64,000 bases of DNA from Patescibacteria group bacterium. Its GTDB lineage: Bacteria; Patescibacteriota; Patescibacteriia; JBHPGJ01. The stretch lies in assembly GCA_042570545.1 (NCBI GenBank), contig JBHPGJ010000006.1, forward strand, positions 1,327 to 65,326, read 5' to 3'. Under the pieces are notes generated by a model, which was not told the DNA's origin, searched no databases, and worked only from the letters and a program-made list of their open reading frames with translations. Positions 62,222-64,000 of the stretch are shown piece by piece. A program made the position numbers and the translations under genes. Positions within the stretch are counted from its first letter, which is position 1; each line of letters opens with the position of its first letter.

Positions 62222-62782
62222 ATGGCCGGGATGAATGATCTCAAACTTGGTACGGTAATCGACCTGGAGGACCAGCCCTGTCAGGTGGTTTTTGCACAGC
62301 ATGTAAAAATGGGTCGTGGCGGTGCGGTACTTAAAACTAAATTGAAAAATCTGGTTAACGGTAATCAGTTAGAAAAAACTTTTAAAAGCGGCGATAACGT
62401 GGAAGTGGCCGATCTGCTTCATGGTAAAGCCAATTACCTATACGCCGACGATGAGGGGTTGCATTTCATGAACAATGAGACTTATGACCAGTTCAACATA
62501 GATAAAACCGTAATTGGTGAAAAAGAAAAATATTTAATTGAGGGCTCTGATGTTGATGTTCTCTTATTTAATGACAAGCCGGTAACGATCGAATTGCCAA
62601 ATAAAGTTGAGTTAAAAGTAACCAGCGCCCCAGAAGGAGTACGTGGTGATACGGCACAGGGCTCAGTAACCAAAGAAGTAGAGCTGGAAAACGGCACAAC
62701 CGTAAAGACGCCTTTATTTATAAAAACAGGTGATGTAGTCAGGGTGAATACCGAAACTGGTCAGTACGTCGAGCGGGTTTAG
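62222..62782 (+). CDS. efp: elongation factor P
   Basis: HVKMGRGGA, GVRGDTA, PLFIKTGD, TGQYVER. Confidence 0.96.
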   Translation: MAGMNDLKLGTVIDLEDQPCQVVFAQHVKMGRGGAVLKTKLKNLVNGNQLEKTFKSGDNVEVADLLHGKANYLYADDEGLHFMNNETYDQFNIDKTVIGEKEKYLIEGSDVDVLLFNDKPVTIELPNKVELKVTSAPEGVRGDTAQGSVTKEVELENGTTVKTPLFIKTGDVVRVNTETGQYVERV

Positions 62783-62821
62783 TAAAAACCTAGTGGGGTT
62801 GGCGTGGCTGTCTTGGTTGTC

Positions 62822-64000
62822 TTAGTCGTCTGTTCTATATCTGGGCCGGGCATATGACTTATTCTTATCATTAACTAACGGTTCCCTGGCTTCACACCAG
62901 TCTTCCATCGCTTGAGCTGATGGGAATGGTAATGGGTGGGGTGGCCAGTATCTGGCAAATATTGAAATATCTACAATATCGATTTTATTATCCCCATTGA
63001 AGTCCATACACCTTGTTTCGTGACAGGTGCCTTGTACTCTCTGTTGAGCAATCTTATTGAGATCTATTAATGTTATCTGTTCATCATCATTATAGTCTGC
63101 CATACAAGCATCTAGGTAATCTTTATAATCGTATTCAGTAACGGCTATGTTGTCATGCATTATGGTATTCGTACCAGAAGTGCTCCAGATGCCCACTGTT
63201 CCACTGGTCAGTCGTCTGACTGTGCTGTCGGTGGCCACTATTTGCCATTGTGCGGGCTTGCCAAGATATTCGGGCCAGACCTTGGCCTTAATAGTGGTTA
63301 AGTTACTACCAATATCGATAATAGCGATTATCTCAAAATTGTACCAGGTGTCTCTAAGTGTTAATTCGCCCGTGTCCAGCGTGCCAGCCAGGTCACCGCT
63401 TTGGTTGTCCGGATGTTTGGTAAGATGGAAATTACGATTTGCATCATCCCTGCCTATACGGTAATACATGTCACTGTTTGGATAATCTGAGAAGAAGGTT
63501 ATGCCAGCGCCAGAACTAACATTGCCAAATTTAATCTTCCCGGTGTATTTGTAGTTAGTCCAATTTGCAGCAAGTGGATCAGAATAATGTGTATGAATAT
63601 CCGTCAGATCAGGACTGCAGGTTAACACTTTGTTAGACCCATCAAGGTTAACAGTAAACAGTCCCGGTACTTCGATGGTGCTGTTATTCTCTCCGGTAGA
63701 CATCCAAAGCGGTGGGTCCACTCCTACGCTATAGCCTTCAAAGTCTTCATCTAGTGCCGCGCTGCATTGGAGTCCTTCGTCTACGTTACCATCACAGTTA
63801 TTATCTTCATTATCGCATATCTCTATCGCACCTGGGTGTATTAGTTTATTATTGTCATTACAGTCATAAGGAGCAGAACATACTCCATCGTTAATACCAT
63901 AACCATCTTGGTCTATATCTGTGCAAATTGGACCACCAGAAGACTGGATAGATACTTGTCCATCAGTAGTGGTGGTAAACTCTAAGACTCCTTGATCAGA
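62822..64000 (-). CDS. large secreted multidomain protein, 5'-truncated (MopE-like Cys/Asp repeat, lectin-like domain, dockerin/EF-hand-like pair)
   Basis: Frame stays open to the window edge; DQDGYG...DCNDNN..IHPGAIEICDNEDNNCDG; DYNDDEQITLIDL and DFNGDNKIDIVDI. Confidence 0.8.
   Translation of the reverse strand, partial: SDQGVLEFTTTTDGQVSIQSSGGPICTDIDQDGYGINDGVCSAPYDCNDNNKLIHPGAIEICDNEDNNCDGNVDEGLQCSAALDEDFEGYSVGVDPPLWMSTGENNSTIEVPGLFTVNLDGSNKVLTCSPDLTDIHTHYSDPLAANWTNYKYTGKIKFGNVSSGAGITFFSDYPNSDMYYRIGRDDANRNFHLTKHPDNQSGDLAGTLDTGELTLRDTWYNFEIIAIIDIGSNLTTIKAKVWPEYLGKPAQWQIVATDSTVRRLTSGTVGIWSTSGTNTIMHDNIAVTEYDYKDYLDACMADYNDDEQITLIDLNKIAQQRVQGTCHETRCMDFNGDNKIDIVDISIFARYWPPHPLPFPSAQAMEDWCEAREPLVNDKNKSYARPRYRTDD

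Overview
Bacterial chromosome segment using standard code 11. It is most likely a CPR/Patescibacteria genome (inferred from the pilin-like gene, N/T-rich membrane-anchored proteins, many leaderless genes and the gene set). Housekeeping genes include truB, ispH, sod, rpoD, dnaG, msrB, ppsA, groES/EL (CIRCE), nrdAB (NrdR boxes, class Ic-type R2), uvrA/C, secG, rnj, trpS, murI, glyA, folD, ychF, rpsF-ssb-rpsR-efp, plus four tRNAs (Asn x2, Ser, Leu). An accessory region at 1-16.6 kb holds a gingipain-like protease, a radical SAM enzyme and orphan genes. Top finding: an apparently complete ribosome-mediated transcription attenuator at 16607-16831 (- strand): promoter, leader peptide MKFTANNNNNNNHPIAG with 7 tandem Asn codons, and mutually exclusive antiterminator/terminator. 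It controls a second, divergent tRNA-Asn gene rather than a biosynthetic operon. Also notable: three tRNA-3'-end-like 31-bp repeats delimiting single-gene cassettes downstream of that tRNA, and a ~370-nt transcript packed with strong SD motifs and mini-ORFs (59337-59740). All calls come from reading the sequence; no searches or folding programs were run.
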